A DNA stretch of 64,000 nucleotides from assembly GCA_947590905.1 (NCBI GenBank), contig CANQCU010000004.1, forward strand, positions 16,591-80,590, read 5' to 3'. The notes below the pieces were generated by a model. It searched no databases, was not told the origin of the DNA, and saw only the letters and a list, made by a program, of their open reading frames with translations. Every line of letters begins with the position of its first letter. Position 1 is the first letter of the stretch. The stretch is from an uncultured Clostridia bacterium (GTDB taxonomy: Bacteria > Bacillota > Clostridia > TANB77 > CAG-508). The position numbers and the translations under genes are program-made. Shown here in pieces: positions 1 through 10,056 of the stretch.

Positions 1-90
1 TGAATTTAACTACTTTTCCTTATATTACCTTTGATTTAAGTTTGCTTTTATGTTAACATATATTTATATAATATAATAACATAGTGTGAA

Positions 91-354
91 ATGGAGGTTT
101 TTATATTGGAAAATCTAATTAATACTATTAAAAATTTTGATGTGAAGATTAAAAAAATATTAACAAAAGGTTTATATTTTTCATTTTTTATAGCAATCAT
201 TGCTACTTTAATTTTAATTTATTACATAGCTTTTTATCCTTCTAATTTTATCTTTTACATAGGCATTAAAGTAATGCATCTTGCACTTTCCTTTGCAGTG
301 TATTTTTTTGTATCTGCTCTTGCTATTGATAAAATTAAAAGAGATTTAGAATAA
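91..354 (+). CDS. small hydrophobic hypothetical protein (87 aa, 2-3 predicted TM segments)
   Basis: ORF-track translation is hydrophobic. An intrinsic terminator hairpin follows at 471-510. No recognisable family. Confidence 0.3.
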   Translation: MEVFILENLINTIKNFDVKIKKILTKGLYFSFFIAIIATLILIYYIAFYPSNFIFYIGIKVMHLALSFAVYFFVSALAIDKIKRDLE

Positions 355-470
355 TTAATTTTTGAGTCAAAAACTTAACTCCTTATATTACATAAAATCC
401 TATGCTTTTTTTGTTTTCATGCTAAGAAAAAATTTAACCATCAATTTCAATAAAGTTTAGGGCTTTGTAA

Positions 471-510
471 CTAGAAAAAGAACCTAATTTTTATTAGGTT
501 CTTTTTCTAG
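471..510. terminator. bidirectional intrinsic terminator hairpin (ctagaaaaagaacctaa-tttttat-taggttctttttctag)
   Basis: Near-perfect 17-bp inverted repeat with flanking T/A runs, lying between the convergent ORF 91-354 (+) and the SSB-like gene (-). Confidence 0.6.
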
Positions 511-542
511 TTTTTTATGTTAAGGATGATATATTCTTCTTT

Positions 543-1253
543 TTATACAGCTTCTGCTGTTTCTGCCACAGTTTCTTTATCTTCCATTTCTCCATCTTTT
601 TCGTCTATAACTTCTAGACTTGATATTGAAACTTCATAAGCAACTCTTTCTACTACTGTTCCATCTTCATATTTCTTTTCATATTTTCTAGATTGTACTC
701 TTCCTACTGCTTTAACTTGTGCTCCTACTTCTAATCTATCACAGAATCTTGCATTTCTTCCCCAAGCTATTGCTGGTATGTAATCTGATTTGCTATATGC
801 TCTATTTACTGCAAGTAAAAGATCTGCAATTTCACGTCCAAATGGTGTCTTTCTATAAATTGGCTTTTTACAAATATGTCCAATTAATACAACTTCATTT
901 GAAACTTCTAAATTAACTTCTTCATCTTCTTTTGCTCTTTCTTCGATATCTCCTTCATATATGATATCTTTAGCAAATACTGTTAAGATAAGTTTGTTTT
1001 TTTCATTTTCATAACTGTTGTATGATCTAAATTGTCCTTTTACAACTATTTTTTTACCTATTTGTAATTCTTCATCATTTATTAGTCTTTCTGATATTGT
1101 TATTGGTATGATGTCAAAGGTTTCACTTAAACGAGGCACCTCCAAATCAAATATGTAAAAACTTTCTCCATAGATTTCATGACTAAATCTTTTTTCGCTT
1201 GTGATTTTTCCCACTAATACTAAATGGTTATTATCCAAATAATTTGTGTTCAA
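543..1253 (-). CDS. SSB-like single-stranded DNA-binding protein with two tandem OB folds and an acidic C-terminal tail
   Basis: The second half (…VLIGHICKKP…AIAWGRNARF…GAQVKAVGRVQSRKYEKKYEDGTVVERVAYEVSISSLEVID) matches the SSB OB-fold signature (W-x-R…F…G-x-V-x-V-x-GR-x-Q-x-R). The N-terminal half is a second OB-like module and the tail is acidic (DGEMEDKETVAETAEAV). Confidence 0.5.
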   Translation of the reverse strand: MNTNYLDNNHLVLVGKITSEKRFSHEIYGESFYIFDLEVPRLSETFDIIPITISERLINDEELQIGKKIVVKGQFRSYNSYENEKNKLILTVFAKDIIYEGDIEERAKEDEEVNLEVSNEVVLIGHICKKPIYRKTPFGREIADLLLAVNRAYSKSDYIPAIAWGRNARFCDRLEVGAQVKAVGRVQSRKYEKKYEDGTVVERVAYEVSISSLEVIDEKDGEMEDKETVAETAEAV

Positions 1254-1439
1254 TTTCTTTTCCTCCCTATCTTTTTACGTAGGAAACTTTTAATTCTTCC
1301 TTATGTTAGTAATAATTTCTTACGTATCTTTTTCTTCTTTTAATATAAGATTTTTTGTTTGTCTATTGTTTCTTACGCTTATCTACACATTTATTATACT
1401 ACATAATTTTGGATTTGTCTACATAAAATGTTAAATTTT

Positions 1440-1970
1440 TTAGAAAATTATTTCTTTTTTCCCATAAACTAGAAGGATTGACGCAATTCCCATTAAATTA
1501 TGGGGACTACTAAGCAATTTTTTATTTCTAATTGTAGCTGATATTTCTTGTGGCTCTAAGATATTTTGTTTTACATCTATAATTTTTCTTTGCAAACAAA
1601 GTAAAAGGTTCTCTTCTATACTTGATGCTGTAATTGTTGCTTTTTGATTAAACCCAAAGGTTATAACGTTCAATTTCATATTATTTATTATTTCTAAACC
1701 TTCATAATTCATATCTATATTTATAATTAAATATTTTGTATTTTTGAATATTTCATGTATTATTTCTTTTCCTTCTGTTATTTCTTCTAAGTTCATAACT
1801 AATATTGTTTCAAATCTAATGTTTCTTATATTATCTATACTCTTATCATTAATTATTATTACTGTATGTTCCTTATTTACTCTATTCAAATTACATTCTA
1901 GTATTCTTTTTATTTGCATCTCGTTTTTACTTTCAGCAATAATTCCGATAAATGCCATTTTATCCCCCAT
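1440..1970 (-). CDS. hypothetical protein (176 aa)
   Basis: Intact ORF with host-like AT-rich codon usage. No recognisable motif. Confidence 0.35.
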   Translation of the reverse strand: MGDKMAFIGIIAESKNEMQIKRILECNLNRVNKEHTVIIINDKSIDNIRNIRFETILVMNLEEITEGKEIIHEIFKNTKYLIINIDMNYEGLEIINNMKLNVITFGFNQKATITASSIEENLLLCLQRKIIDVKQNILEPQEISATIRNKKLLSSPHNLMGIASILLVYGKKEIIF

Positions 1971-2085
1971 TACAAATAGATATACCTTTTTATTTTATCC
2001 TGGAATTATTATTTTATTCATATTAAATTTTTGTTTTGCTTTATTTTCACTTTATTATTTACTTTTATTTAATCCTAATTTAAAT

Positions 2086-2874
2086 TTATTCATTTGTCAT
2101 TTTCTTTAAAGTTTGAACTCCTTCTGGGCTTATTTCATAATTTTCTTTATATATTAGATCTGATAATTTTACTATATTGTATCCACGTTTTTGTATATTC
2201 TTTATTATTTCTTCTAAACTATTTGCTGTATTTTCAGTTCCATTATGGAATAAAATTATTGCTCCTGCTTTTAAATCTTTAGCTATAATATCCCACATTT
2301 GGCTTGCATCTAGTCCTTCATAATCCAAAGTATCTATTGAATATTCTACTGGTATATATCCATTATCTATTGCTGAATTTAGAACTATATCATTATATTC
2401 TCCAAACGGTGCCCTATATATTTTTACTTCTTTTTGTATTATTTTTTGTATTTTTTTACTACAATTCAATATTTCTTGTGTGCTTTGCTCATAACTTAAA
2501 TCTTGCATATGTATATGTTTATCTGAATGATTCGCAACTTCATGCCCCTTTTCTACTATTTTTTTTAATTCCTTTGAATGTTGTTCAGCCCATTCTCCCG
2601 TAGCAAAAAATGTAGTTTTAACATTACATTTATCAAGTGCTTTTAATATTTTATCAATATCTTCCGCATTATCTTCTAAGTTTATACTTAGGGATATTTG
2701 TTTTTTAGTTGTATCTACACTATATACTGGAATTAATTTTGAAACTCCCGAGGTTGTTTGCATTATATCTATATTATTATTTGTGAAAAAAAATGAAAGA
2801 ATAAATAAAATAACTACTGTGCTTGCCGCAACTAAATATGAATATATTTTTTGTTTATTGAATACAAAGAACAT
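2086..2874 (-). CDS. polysaccharide deacetylase (NodB-homology domain; PdaB-like sporulation or peptidoglycan deacetylase)
   Basis: N-terminal TM helix followed by the NodB motifs (TFFATGEWAE…, HSDKH, ILFHNG). Confidence 0.7.
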   Translation of the reverse strand: MFFVFNKQKIYSYLVAASTVVILFILSFFFTNNNIDIMQTTSGVSKLIPVYSVDTTKKQISLSINLEDNAEDIDKILKALDKCNVKTTFFATGEWAEQHSKELKKIVEKGHEVANHSDKHIHMQDLSYEQSTQEILNCSKKIQKIIQKEVKIYRAPFGEYNDIVLNSAIDNGYIPVEYSIDTLDYEGLDASQMWDIIAKDLKAGAIILFHNGTENTANSLEEIIKNIQKRGYNIVKLSDLIYKENYEISPEGVQTLKKMTNE

Positions 2875-2954
2875 AAAGTACCTCCTAAAACAAGTTAATA
2901 AATTTTATTCTTGTTTTAGGAGGAATATGCAACTAAAAATATGTATAAGTATTT

Positions 2955-5162
2955 TTAGTCTATTTGTAAATTATTAGCTTCTTCCCTTTGTAGATTTCTT
3001 TCAATTATTACTGAAGTTTCTGCATAATCTACTCCATTTACAGGATTTTCTCCTGTAAATATGCTTTTGCCAAGTTCTTTAATTGTAATTGGTCTTCTTG
3101 CTATTTTATCTTCAAGCTCTACTTTTATTTCTGGATTTTCTTCTATCAATTTACTATTTACTTGATATCTTGTTAAATAAATACCTCTATCTTCTTCTGG
3201 TATAACTAGTTCTATTAATGCCTCTGCTTTTTCTCCTTGCATAGCCTCATTATCTTTTATTTTTTGAAAACATCTAAGCATTATTTTTTCTTCTTCTGTA
3301 CGTTCTTTTTCAGGTTTTGCTTCAATTCCAGAAAGTCTTTCTGCTGCTACTATAAGCCCACCAAATAGGTTTATATTTTCTATCCATGTATTTGCATCTA
3401 ATGTTCCATCTGCTAAGCGAAATTCTATTGTATTTTTTGCATTTCCTAAATTTTGAAAATTAATTCCAAAATACCTTGATTCTTGTTGTGATCTTTTTGC
3501 AAAATTTCTCATAGCTTCTATACTATCAAGTTGTATTGTTCCACTATTTAACATTTGCAAAAAATTGCCTGAAATCGGACTTGCATATTTTAAAATACTA
3601 TCACGTGGAATTTTTCCTGCTCTATTACTAATAATATAAAATATTTCTTCAGCATTTCCCCATATTTCAATTAAATTCATCCATGCTTCACTAGTAGTTA
3701 AATAATCTGAGCCAATGTGGATGTGACCACCACATTTATCTGAAACTACCTGTTTAAACTTTCCAAGTATATAACAAATCTTCTTTATTGATAAGGAAGA
3801 TTTGTCTGTATCACCTGTTAATATTGGAGAGATCATTTCTACGCCATATGTTAAGCTTCTATCATCTTCACATTTCCAATCTTTTATAACTCCATATTTT
3901 TTTATTTGTGTACTGCATGGTCCTTCTGATTCTATTTCTACTCCTATTGTCATATTCTTAGGTAATTTAATCTTTTTTTTATCATCTTCAAAATCACTAT
4001 CTTCAATTTTAAAACCAGCTAATAATTTTAAGTATGCCACATCACCTTCACTTAGGCCTAATTCTTCTATCTTTTTAGGAGTTAAATAGCTTTCTATATT
4101 TCCTGTCGCTCTTATTAAGTTTACTATATCCGATAAGTCCAAGCCTAATTCTGCTATTTTTTCTGGTGTTAAATAACCTTCTATATCTCCTGTACCTTTT
4201 ATTACGTTTGCAATATTCAATCTTAAAGCTTTATCCTCTTTATCTTGCCAGTCGAATAGGTATTTTTCTGGATTTACTGTTGCTTTTACTAACCTTGTTA
4301 TATCAATATTATTTAAATTAAATGCTACTACTTTTTCTGGTGTTAAATAGCTATCTATATCTCCTGTTGCCTTTATCAGATTTGCCATATTAAATACTAA
4401 GTTTGTTTGCCATTTAAATTTGTATTTTTCGGCATTTCCCGTTTCTTTTACTAAACTTGATATATCTTCTTCATTTAGACCAAATTCTGCCATTTTTTCT
4501 GGAGTTAAATACTTTTCTATATCTCCAGTCTTCTTTATCAAAAATGGTATAACGGCTTTATATAAATTAAGCTCACGTATTTTTTCTAATGTTAAGTATC
4601 TTTCTACGTGCCCTGTTGCTATTATCAAATCTATTATATTGTTTATCCTTAAATGAAACTTTTCTATATTTTCTGGAGTTAGATAGCTTTCTATATTTCC
4701 ACCTTCCGCTTTTATTACATTTCCTATACTAAATACTAAAACTCCGTTTTCTTTGTCTTGCCAGTCAAATAGGTATTTTTTTGGAATTCCTATTGCTTTT
4801 ATTAAACCTGTTATGGCATACTGGTCTAGACCAAACCTTAGTACTCTTTCTGTGGTTAAATAACTCTCTATATCTCCACATTTTGCTTTTATTACGTTTC
4901 CTATATTAAATACTAAAGTTTCGTCTTCTTTGTTTTGCCAGTCAAATAAATATTCTTGAACATCTCCTGTTGCTTTTATTAGAGCTGTTATAGCATATTT
5001 ATCCAAACCCAACTCTACTATTATTTCTGGTGTTAAATACTCTTTTATAAGTTGTTTAAGATTTTCCGGATTACTTACATATTTATTTATGGTTTCTATA
5101 TCGCCTTCTAGATATGCTTTGAATAATTCATTAACTTCTTCTTTATTCATTCGTATCAACAC
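2955..5162 (-). CDS. large repeat protein (about 12 x 35-40 aa repeats 'LTPEKIxELGL…LIKATGDIExYL') with a C-terminal glutamine-synthetase-like amidoligase domain
   Basis: Internal peptide repeats are visible in the translation. The C-terminal about 300 aa carry amidoligase (GS-like) signatures: IGVEIESEG and CGGHIHIG. Confidence 0.5.
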   Translation of the reverse strand: MLIRMNKEEVNELFKAYLEGDIETINKYVSNPENLKQLIKEYLTPEIIVELGLDKYAITALIKATGDVQEYLFDWQNKEDETLVFNIGNVIKAKCGDIESYLTTERVLRFGLDQYAITGLIKAIGIPKKYLFDWQDKENGVLVFSIGNVIKAEGGNIESYLTPENIEKFHLRINNIIDLIIATGHVERYLTLEKIRELNLYKAVIPFLIKKTGDIEKYLTPEKMAEFGLNEEDISSLVKETGNAEKYKFKWQTNLVFNMANLIKATGDIDSYLTPEKVVAFNLNNIDITRLVKATVNPEKYLFDWQDKEDKALRLNIANVIKGTGDIEGYLTPEKIAELGLDLSDIVNLIRATGNIESYLTPKKIEELGLSEGDVAYLKLLAGFKIEDSDFEDDKKKIKLPKNMTIGVEIESEGPCSTQIKKYGVIKDWKCEDDRSLTYGVEMISPILTGDTDKSSLSIKKICYILGKFKQVVSDKCGGHIHIGSDYLTTSEAWMNLIEIWGNAEEIFYIISNRAGKIPRDSILKYASPISGNFLQMLNSGTIQLDSIEAMRNFAKRSQQESRYFGINFQNLGNAKNTIEFRLADGTLDANTWIENINLFGGLIVAAERLSGIEAKPEKERTEEEKIMLRCFQKIKDNEAMQGEKAEALIELVIPEEDRGIYLTRYQVNSKLIEENPEIKVELEDKIARRPITIKELGKSIFTGENPVNGVDYAETSVIIERNLQREEANNLQID

Positions 5163-5617
5163 TAATTCCTTCTAAATAATTTTATTATTTTTTTTATTAA
5201 TTTTATAAAAAATTTTTCATTTTTATGTTCTACCATTTTTGTTTCTTCTTTTTTAGATAACCCCTTCGAATTATCTTCTAATTTTTTCTTTTCAAATAAA
5301 TCATTTAGATTATATTGCAATTTTTTTTCTTCTTCTTTTTTCAAAATGTCGTTTTTGAATTTTTCTTCTATTTTTACTTTTTCTTTTTCTGTTCCTAGAT
5401 AATTCAAATATACATAAGCTAAAATTGTTTTCGTTTCTTGCAAAAGTTCTTGACTTTCAAAATCATTATTAAGTTCAAAATCATATTCTTGATTCATATT
5501 ATTTTTTAGCATATTTATAAATGATTTTGGAATTAATTCAAAATCAGATTTAGAAAGGTTTTGTAAAATTACATAAACTTCTTTATATGCATTTGGATAA
5601 TTTTCTACTCTTATCAT
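5162..5617 (-). CDS. hypothetical protein (151 aa, K/E-rich C-terminus)
   Basis: Translationally coupled to the downstream amidoligase-repeat gene through a 1-nt overlap at 5162. No family recognised. Confidence 0.35.
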   Translation of the reverse strand: MIRVENYPNAYKEVYVILQNLSKSDFELIPKSFINMLKNNMNQEYDFELNNDFESQELLQETKTILAYVYLNYLGTEKEKVKIEEKFKNDILKKEEEKKLQYNLNDLFEKKKLEDNSKGLSKKEETKMVEHKNEKFFIKLIKKIIKLFRRN

Positions 5618-5675
5618 ACAAATCCTCTTTTTTTAAGAATAAGATTGATAATATATTTCAGAAAGCAGTCAATAC

Positions 5676-6863
5676 TTATTCTCCACCTTTCATATGTTTT
5701 CTTGTCATTTCTAAAAGGTTAAGTTTAGAAAAACCTACTATCTGTGTCTTTGACCTATCTTGTTTTAAATTATCTTCTAGTACTTTTATTATTTCTTTTT
5801 TATGTGTTTCATCTGTCATATCTATATAGTCTATTATTATTATTCCACCAATATCTCTTAATCTCAATTGCTTAGCAATTTCAACACTTGCTTCATTATT
5901 TACTTTAAATACAGTCTGTTCTAGGTTTTTATTTCCTATATATTTGCCTGAATTTACATCTATTGCTGTTAATGCTTCTGTTTTATCTATTGTGATAAAT
6001 CCTCCACATTTTAACCATATTTTTCTTTGGCTTGCTTTTTCTAATTGTTCTTCTATATCATATTCTTTAAATATGTCTTCTTCTTTTAACTCTAGATTAA
6101 TTTCATTTTCTTCTAATTTTTCTATTACTCTTTTTGCTTCTTTATAATCTTTTTTATTATTTACTACTATTCTTTTTATATCTTTATCTACTAAATCTAT
6201 TAATAGTTTTTCTATGAATGTTTGTCCATTATATATAACCATTGGAGCTTTTGCATCTTCGCTATTTGCAACTTTTTCTATTCGATCCCATTCTGCTATT
6301 GAACTGTCTAAGTCTTTTTTTAATTCTTCTTTTGTCTTGTCTAAAGCTGAAGTTCTTACTATTACTCCATATCCTTTTGGCAATATTTCATTTACTATTT
6401 CTGTTAATCTATCTTTTTCTTTTTGATTTTCTATTTTTTGTGATATAGTTTTTATTTCTACTTTTGGCATCAATACAAAATATCTACTTGGAATGCTTAT
6501 GTGTGTTGATACTTTTGCACCTTTTATATTTGTTGCATCTCTTTTAACTTGTATTAATATTTTGTCTCCAACTTTAACTAGTTTCTTTATATTACTTTCT
6601 TCTACTTGCTTTTCTTTTACTATATCTACTTTTGGCAAAATATCTTTTAAATGTATAAATGTATTTCTTTCTTCTCCAATGTCAATAAATGCTGCTTGCA
6701 TTCCTTGAAGTACATTTTGCACTTTTCCTAAATATATTTTCCCTTCTAATCTTTTCTTTCTATCATCTTCTTCATATTTTTCGACTAAGTTTCCGTTTTC
6801 TACAAGTACAATTCTTGATATATTATCTTTTTTATTTATAAATATTTCTTTCACTAAAAACAC
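5676..6863 (-). CDS. rng: ribonuclease G/E-family endoribonuclease (short form, 395 aa)
   Basis: N-terminal S1 domain and the RNase E/G catalytic-core motifs (MFLVKEIFINKK…RIVLVENGNLVE…AAFIDIGEERNTFIHL). It ends before the Zn-link and small domain found in long forms. Confidence 0.65.
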   Translation of the reverse strand: MFLVKEIFINKKDNISRIVLVENGNLVEKYEEDDRKKRLEGKIYLGKVQNVLQGMQAAFIDIGEERNTFIHLKDILPKVDIVKEKQVEESNIKKLVKVGDKILIQVKRDATNIKGAKVSTHISIPSRYFVLMPKVEIKTISQKIENQKEKDRLTEIVNEILPKGYGVIVRTSALDKTKEELKKDLDSSIAEWDRIEKVANSEDAKAPMVIYNGQTFIEKLLIDLVDKDIKRIVVNNKKDYKEAKRVIEKLEENEINLELKEEDIFKEYDIEEQLEKASQRKIWLKCGGFITIDKTEALTAIDVNSGKYIGNKNLEQTVFKVNNEASVEIAKQLRLRDIGGIIIIDYIDMTDETHKKEIIKVLEDNLKQDRSKTQIVGFSKLNLLEMTRKHMKGGE

Positions 6864-6875
6864 CCCTCTTGCAAA

Positions 6876-7434
6876 CTAATTAAATTTGTTCATTGCTATA
6901 TCAATGCCATTTTTTAGTATTTCTTCTACTGCAGATGCAGCCTTATTTATTCCTTGATCTATTATCTTTCTATCTTCTTCATTTATCTTTTCCAATACAA
7001 AATCTTTTAAATCTACTTCTTCATCTGGCTTTCCGTATTCCTATTCTTATTCTAGAAAAATCTTTGCCATTTAATTCATGTACTATTGACTTCATTCCAT
7101 TATGTGTTCCTGCTCCACCTGTTTTTCTTACCTTTATTGTTCCTTCTTCTATATCTATATCATCATGTATTATTATTATTTTTTCGCCTTCTATTTTGAA
7201 GAAATCCTTGAAGCTTCTTACAGCAGTTCCACTCAAATTCATGAATGTTTGTGGTTTTAGAAGCAGTACTTTTTCATTTTCTATTATTCCTTGACCGTAT
7301 AGTGAATTATACTTATTTCTATTAACTTCTATTTCATTTCTTTTTGCAATTTCATTTATTGTATCGAATCCTACATTATGTCTTGTATTTGCATATTCCG
7401 TTTCTGGATTTCCGAGACCTACTATTAAATACAA
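6876..7434 (-). CDS. pth: peptidyl-tRNA hydrolase; reading frame broken by a 1-nt insertion near 7035 (apparent pseudogene or sequence error)
   Basis: MYLIVGLGNPETEYANTRHNVGF… is a canonical Pth. The frame ends at …SRIRIGIRKAR*, while the +1 frame continues GKPDEEVDLKDFVLEK…FN*. Deleting the C in 'ata[c]ggaaag' restores …RIGIGKPDEEVDL…. Confidence 0.75.
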
Positions 7435-7546
7435 CTGTTTTTCCTCCTACATGAATAATTTTTATTGCATAAAATTTTTTTAATATTTTTATCTTATATA
7501 TTTTATATTGTTTTTTTTATTTTTACAAGTAGTTTTTGTCTAAATA

Positions 7547-7575
7547 TTGATATTTTTGACTGAAATGTGTATAAT
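7547..7575 (+). promoter_or_regulatory. sigma-A type promoter for pflB (TTGATA -35, 17-nt spacer, TATAAT -10)
   Basis: Consensus hexamers with 17-bp spacing, followed by an AAGGAGG ribosome-binding site 8 nt before the pflB ATG. Confidence 0.5.
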
Positions 7576-7610
7576 ATTTAAGGATTATTTAATTTTTAAG
7601 GAGGTATTTT

Positions 7611-9850
7611 ATGAAATTTGATGAATGGAATGGTTTTCAAAGTGGTAAATGGCAAAATGAAATTGATGTTAGAAATTTTATTCAAGCTAATTATACTCCA
7701 TATGAAGGAGATTCTTCTTTCTTAGCTGGACCTACTGAGAAAACTAAAAAGTTATGGAATGAAGTTTTAGATTTGTACTCAAAAGAAAAAAATTCTGAAG
7801 GAGGAGTTTTAGATATTGATACTAAAACAATCTCTACTATCTCTTCTCATAAAGCTGGATATATTGATAAAGAACTTGAACAAATTGTAGGTCTTCAAAC
7901 AGATGCACCTTTAAAAAGAGCTATTATGCCTTTTGGTGGTATAAGAATTGTTGAAAAATCTTGTGAAGCTTACGGTAAAAAGGTAGATCCTGAAACAGAA
8001 GCAATTTTCCACGGAGTTAGAAAAACGCATAACGACGGTGTTTTTGATGCATATACTCCGGATATCCGTGCTGCAAGAAGTTCACATTTAATTACAGGCC
8101 TTCCTGATGGTTATGGTCGTGGAAGAATTATTGGAGATTACAGACGTATTCCTCTTTATGGTGTAGATAGCTTGATTGAAGAAAGAAAACACGTTTTAGA
8201 TTTATTAGATAGAGATGAATTTACAGAAGAATTAGTTAGAGAAAGAGAAGAATTTGCAGAGCAAATTAGAGCTTTAGAAGCATTAAAAGTTATGGCTTCT
8301 AAGTATGATTTTGATATCTCTAAACCAGCAAGTAATGCTAGAGAAGCTGTTCAATGGTTATACTTTGGATATCTTGCAGCTATAAAAGATCAAAACGGTG
8401 CTGCAATGAGTCTTGGTAGAACTTCTACTTTCTTAGATATTTATTTTGAAAGAGATTTAAAAAATGGTGTTTTAACTGAGGAAGAAGTTCAAGAAATAGT
8501 TGATCACTTTATTATGAAATTAAGAATGGTTAGATTTTTAAGAACTCCTGAATATAACGAGTTATTTAGTGGAGACCCAGTTTGGGTAACTGAAAGTATT
8601 GGTGGTATGGGAATTGATGGTAGAACATTAGTTACAAAGAATTCATTTAGAGTTCTTCATACTCTTGAAAATTTAGGTCCTGCACCTGAGCCAAATTTAA
8701 CTGTCCTTTGGTCAACAAGATTACCTAGAGGATTTAAAGAATATACTACAAATCTTTCTATCAAAACTTCTTCTATACAATATGAGAATGACGATTTAAT
8801 GAGAAGGTTCTGGGGAGATGATTACGGAATTGCTTGCTGTGTATCTGCTATGCGTATTGGTAAACAAATGCAATTCTTTGGTGCTCGTGCAAATCTCGCT
8901 AAAACACTTCTTTATGCAATTAATGGTGGTAGAGATGAAAAGAGTGGAAAACAAATAACACCTAAGTTTGCACCTATTACTTCTGAATACTTAGATTATA
9001 ACGAAGTTATGGACAAGTTTGACAATATGATGAACTATGTCGCAAAAATTTATATTAAAGCTTTAAATGCTATTCACTTTATGCATGATAAATATTCTTA
9101 TGAAGCAATCGAAATGGCTCTTCATGATGAAGATATTTTAAGAACTATGGCTTGTGGTATAGCTGGTCTTTCTGTTGTTGCAGATTCACTTTCAGCTATT
9201 AAATATGCCAAAGTTAAGGTTATTCGTGACGAAACAGGTCTTGCTGTTGATTATAAAATTGAAGGTGATTTTCCAAAGTACGGTAATGATGATGATAGAG
9301 TTGACCAAATTGCTGTTGATATAATTAAATCTTTTATTGGTAAATTACAAAAACATCAAACTTACAAACATTCTAAACAGACTTTATCAATTCTTACTAT
9401 AACTTCTAATGTTGTTTATGGTAAGGCAACTGGAAGCACTCCTGATGGAAGGAAAGCTGGAGAACCTTTTGGTCCTGGTGCTAACCCTCTTCATGGAAGA
9501 GATACTAATGGTGCTCTTGCTGTTATGAATACTATTGCAAAGCTTCCTTATGAATATGCACAAGATGGTATTTCATATACTTTCTCAATAACACCTAAGG
9601 CTCTTGGTAAAGATGATTCTTCAAGAGTTAATAACTTAGTAAGTATGCTTGACCGGTTTCTTTGCACAAGACCGGACATCATATAAATGTAAATGTTTTT
9701 GATAGAAGTTTATTATTAGATGCTATGGAGCATCCTGAGAAATATCCTCAACTTACTATAAGAGTTTCTGGATATGCTGTAAATTTTGTTAAGTTAACTC
9801 GTGAGCAACAACTTGATGTTATTAATAGAACTATTCATGAGAAAATATAA
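7611..9850 (+). CDS. pflB: formate C-acetyltransferase (pyruvate formate-lyase); glycyl-radical domain displaced to another frame by two 1-nt insertions at about 9653 and 9672
   Basis: A 691-aa PFL body is followed by a 62-aa ORF carrying the glycyl-radical motif RVSGYAV. Removing the C in 'gac[c]ggtttc' and in 'gac[c]ggacat' gives the continuous …[17 protein letters not shown]…. Confidence 0.85.
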
Positions 9851-9866
9851 AAATATATCTTAATAA

Positions 9867-9992
9867 AGTGTATATATCTCTAATTTTTTTCGCACCTTGT
9901 TGTCGCAACCGAAAAAATTTTCAAAGTAGGTTGCTCCATTCGCGCTTCGCTTGATCGCTACGCGGTGCTATAAAAATTAGAGATAATACACT
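9867..9992. repeat. GC-rich palindromic intergenic element (24-bp AT-rich terminal inverted repeats around a nested GCACC…GGTGC / GCAACC…GGTTGC core); first copy of a two-copy family (second copy at 41090-41170)
   Basis: aaagtgtatatatctctaattttt … aaaaattagagataatacacttt flank a core that shares GTTGCTCCAT-TCGC-CTTCGCT…TGATCGCTACGC with 41108-41160. Confidence 0.6.
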
Positions 9993-10056
9993 TTTAGTTA
10001 ATACTTAAAATAATATATTGTTTTTCTATCTCATTAAATGAAAGGAATGTTTCTAT

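Noticed and set aside
719-6708. Numerous plus-strand ORFs of 60-140 aa (for example 719-916, 1744-2109, 2094-2282, 2304-2603, 3802-4089, 4420-4656, 5944-6147, 6214-6448)
   Set aside because: They run antisense to well-supported minus-strand genes. Their translations are low-complexity L/F/I/S-rich, which is typical of AT-rich antisense frames, and they have no ribosome-binding sites.
5676-6863. RNase G truncated by a frameshift
   Set aside because: No CGG-type break or alternative-frame continuation lies downstream of the stop. The following ORF starts by overlap. It is treated as a naturally short Rng form.
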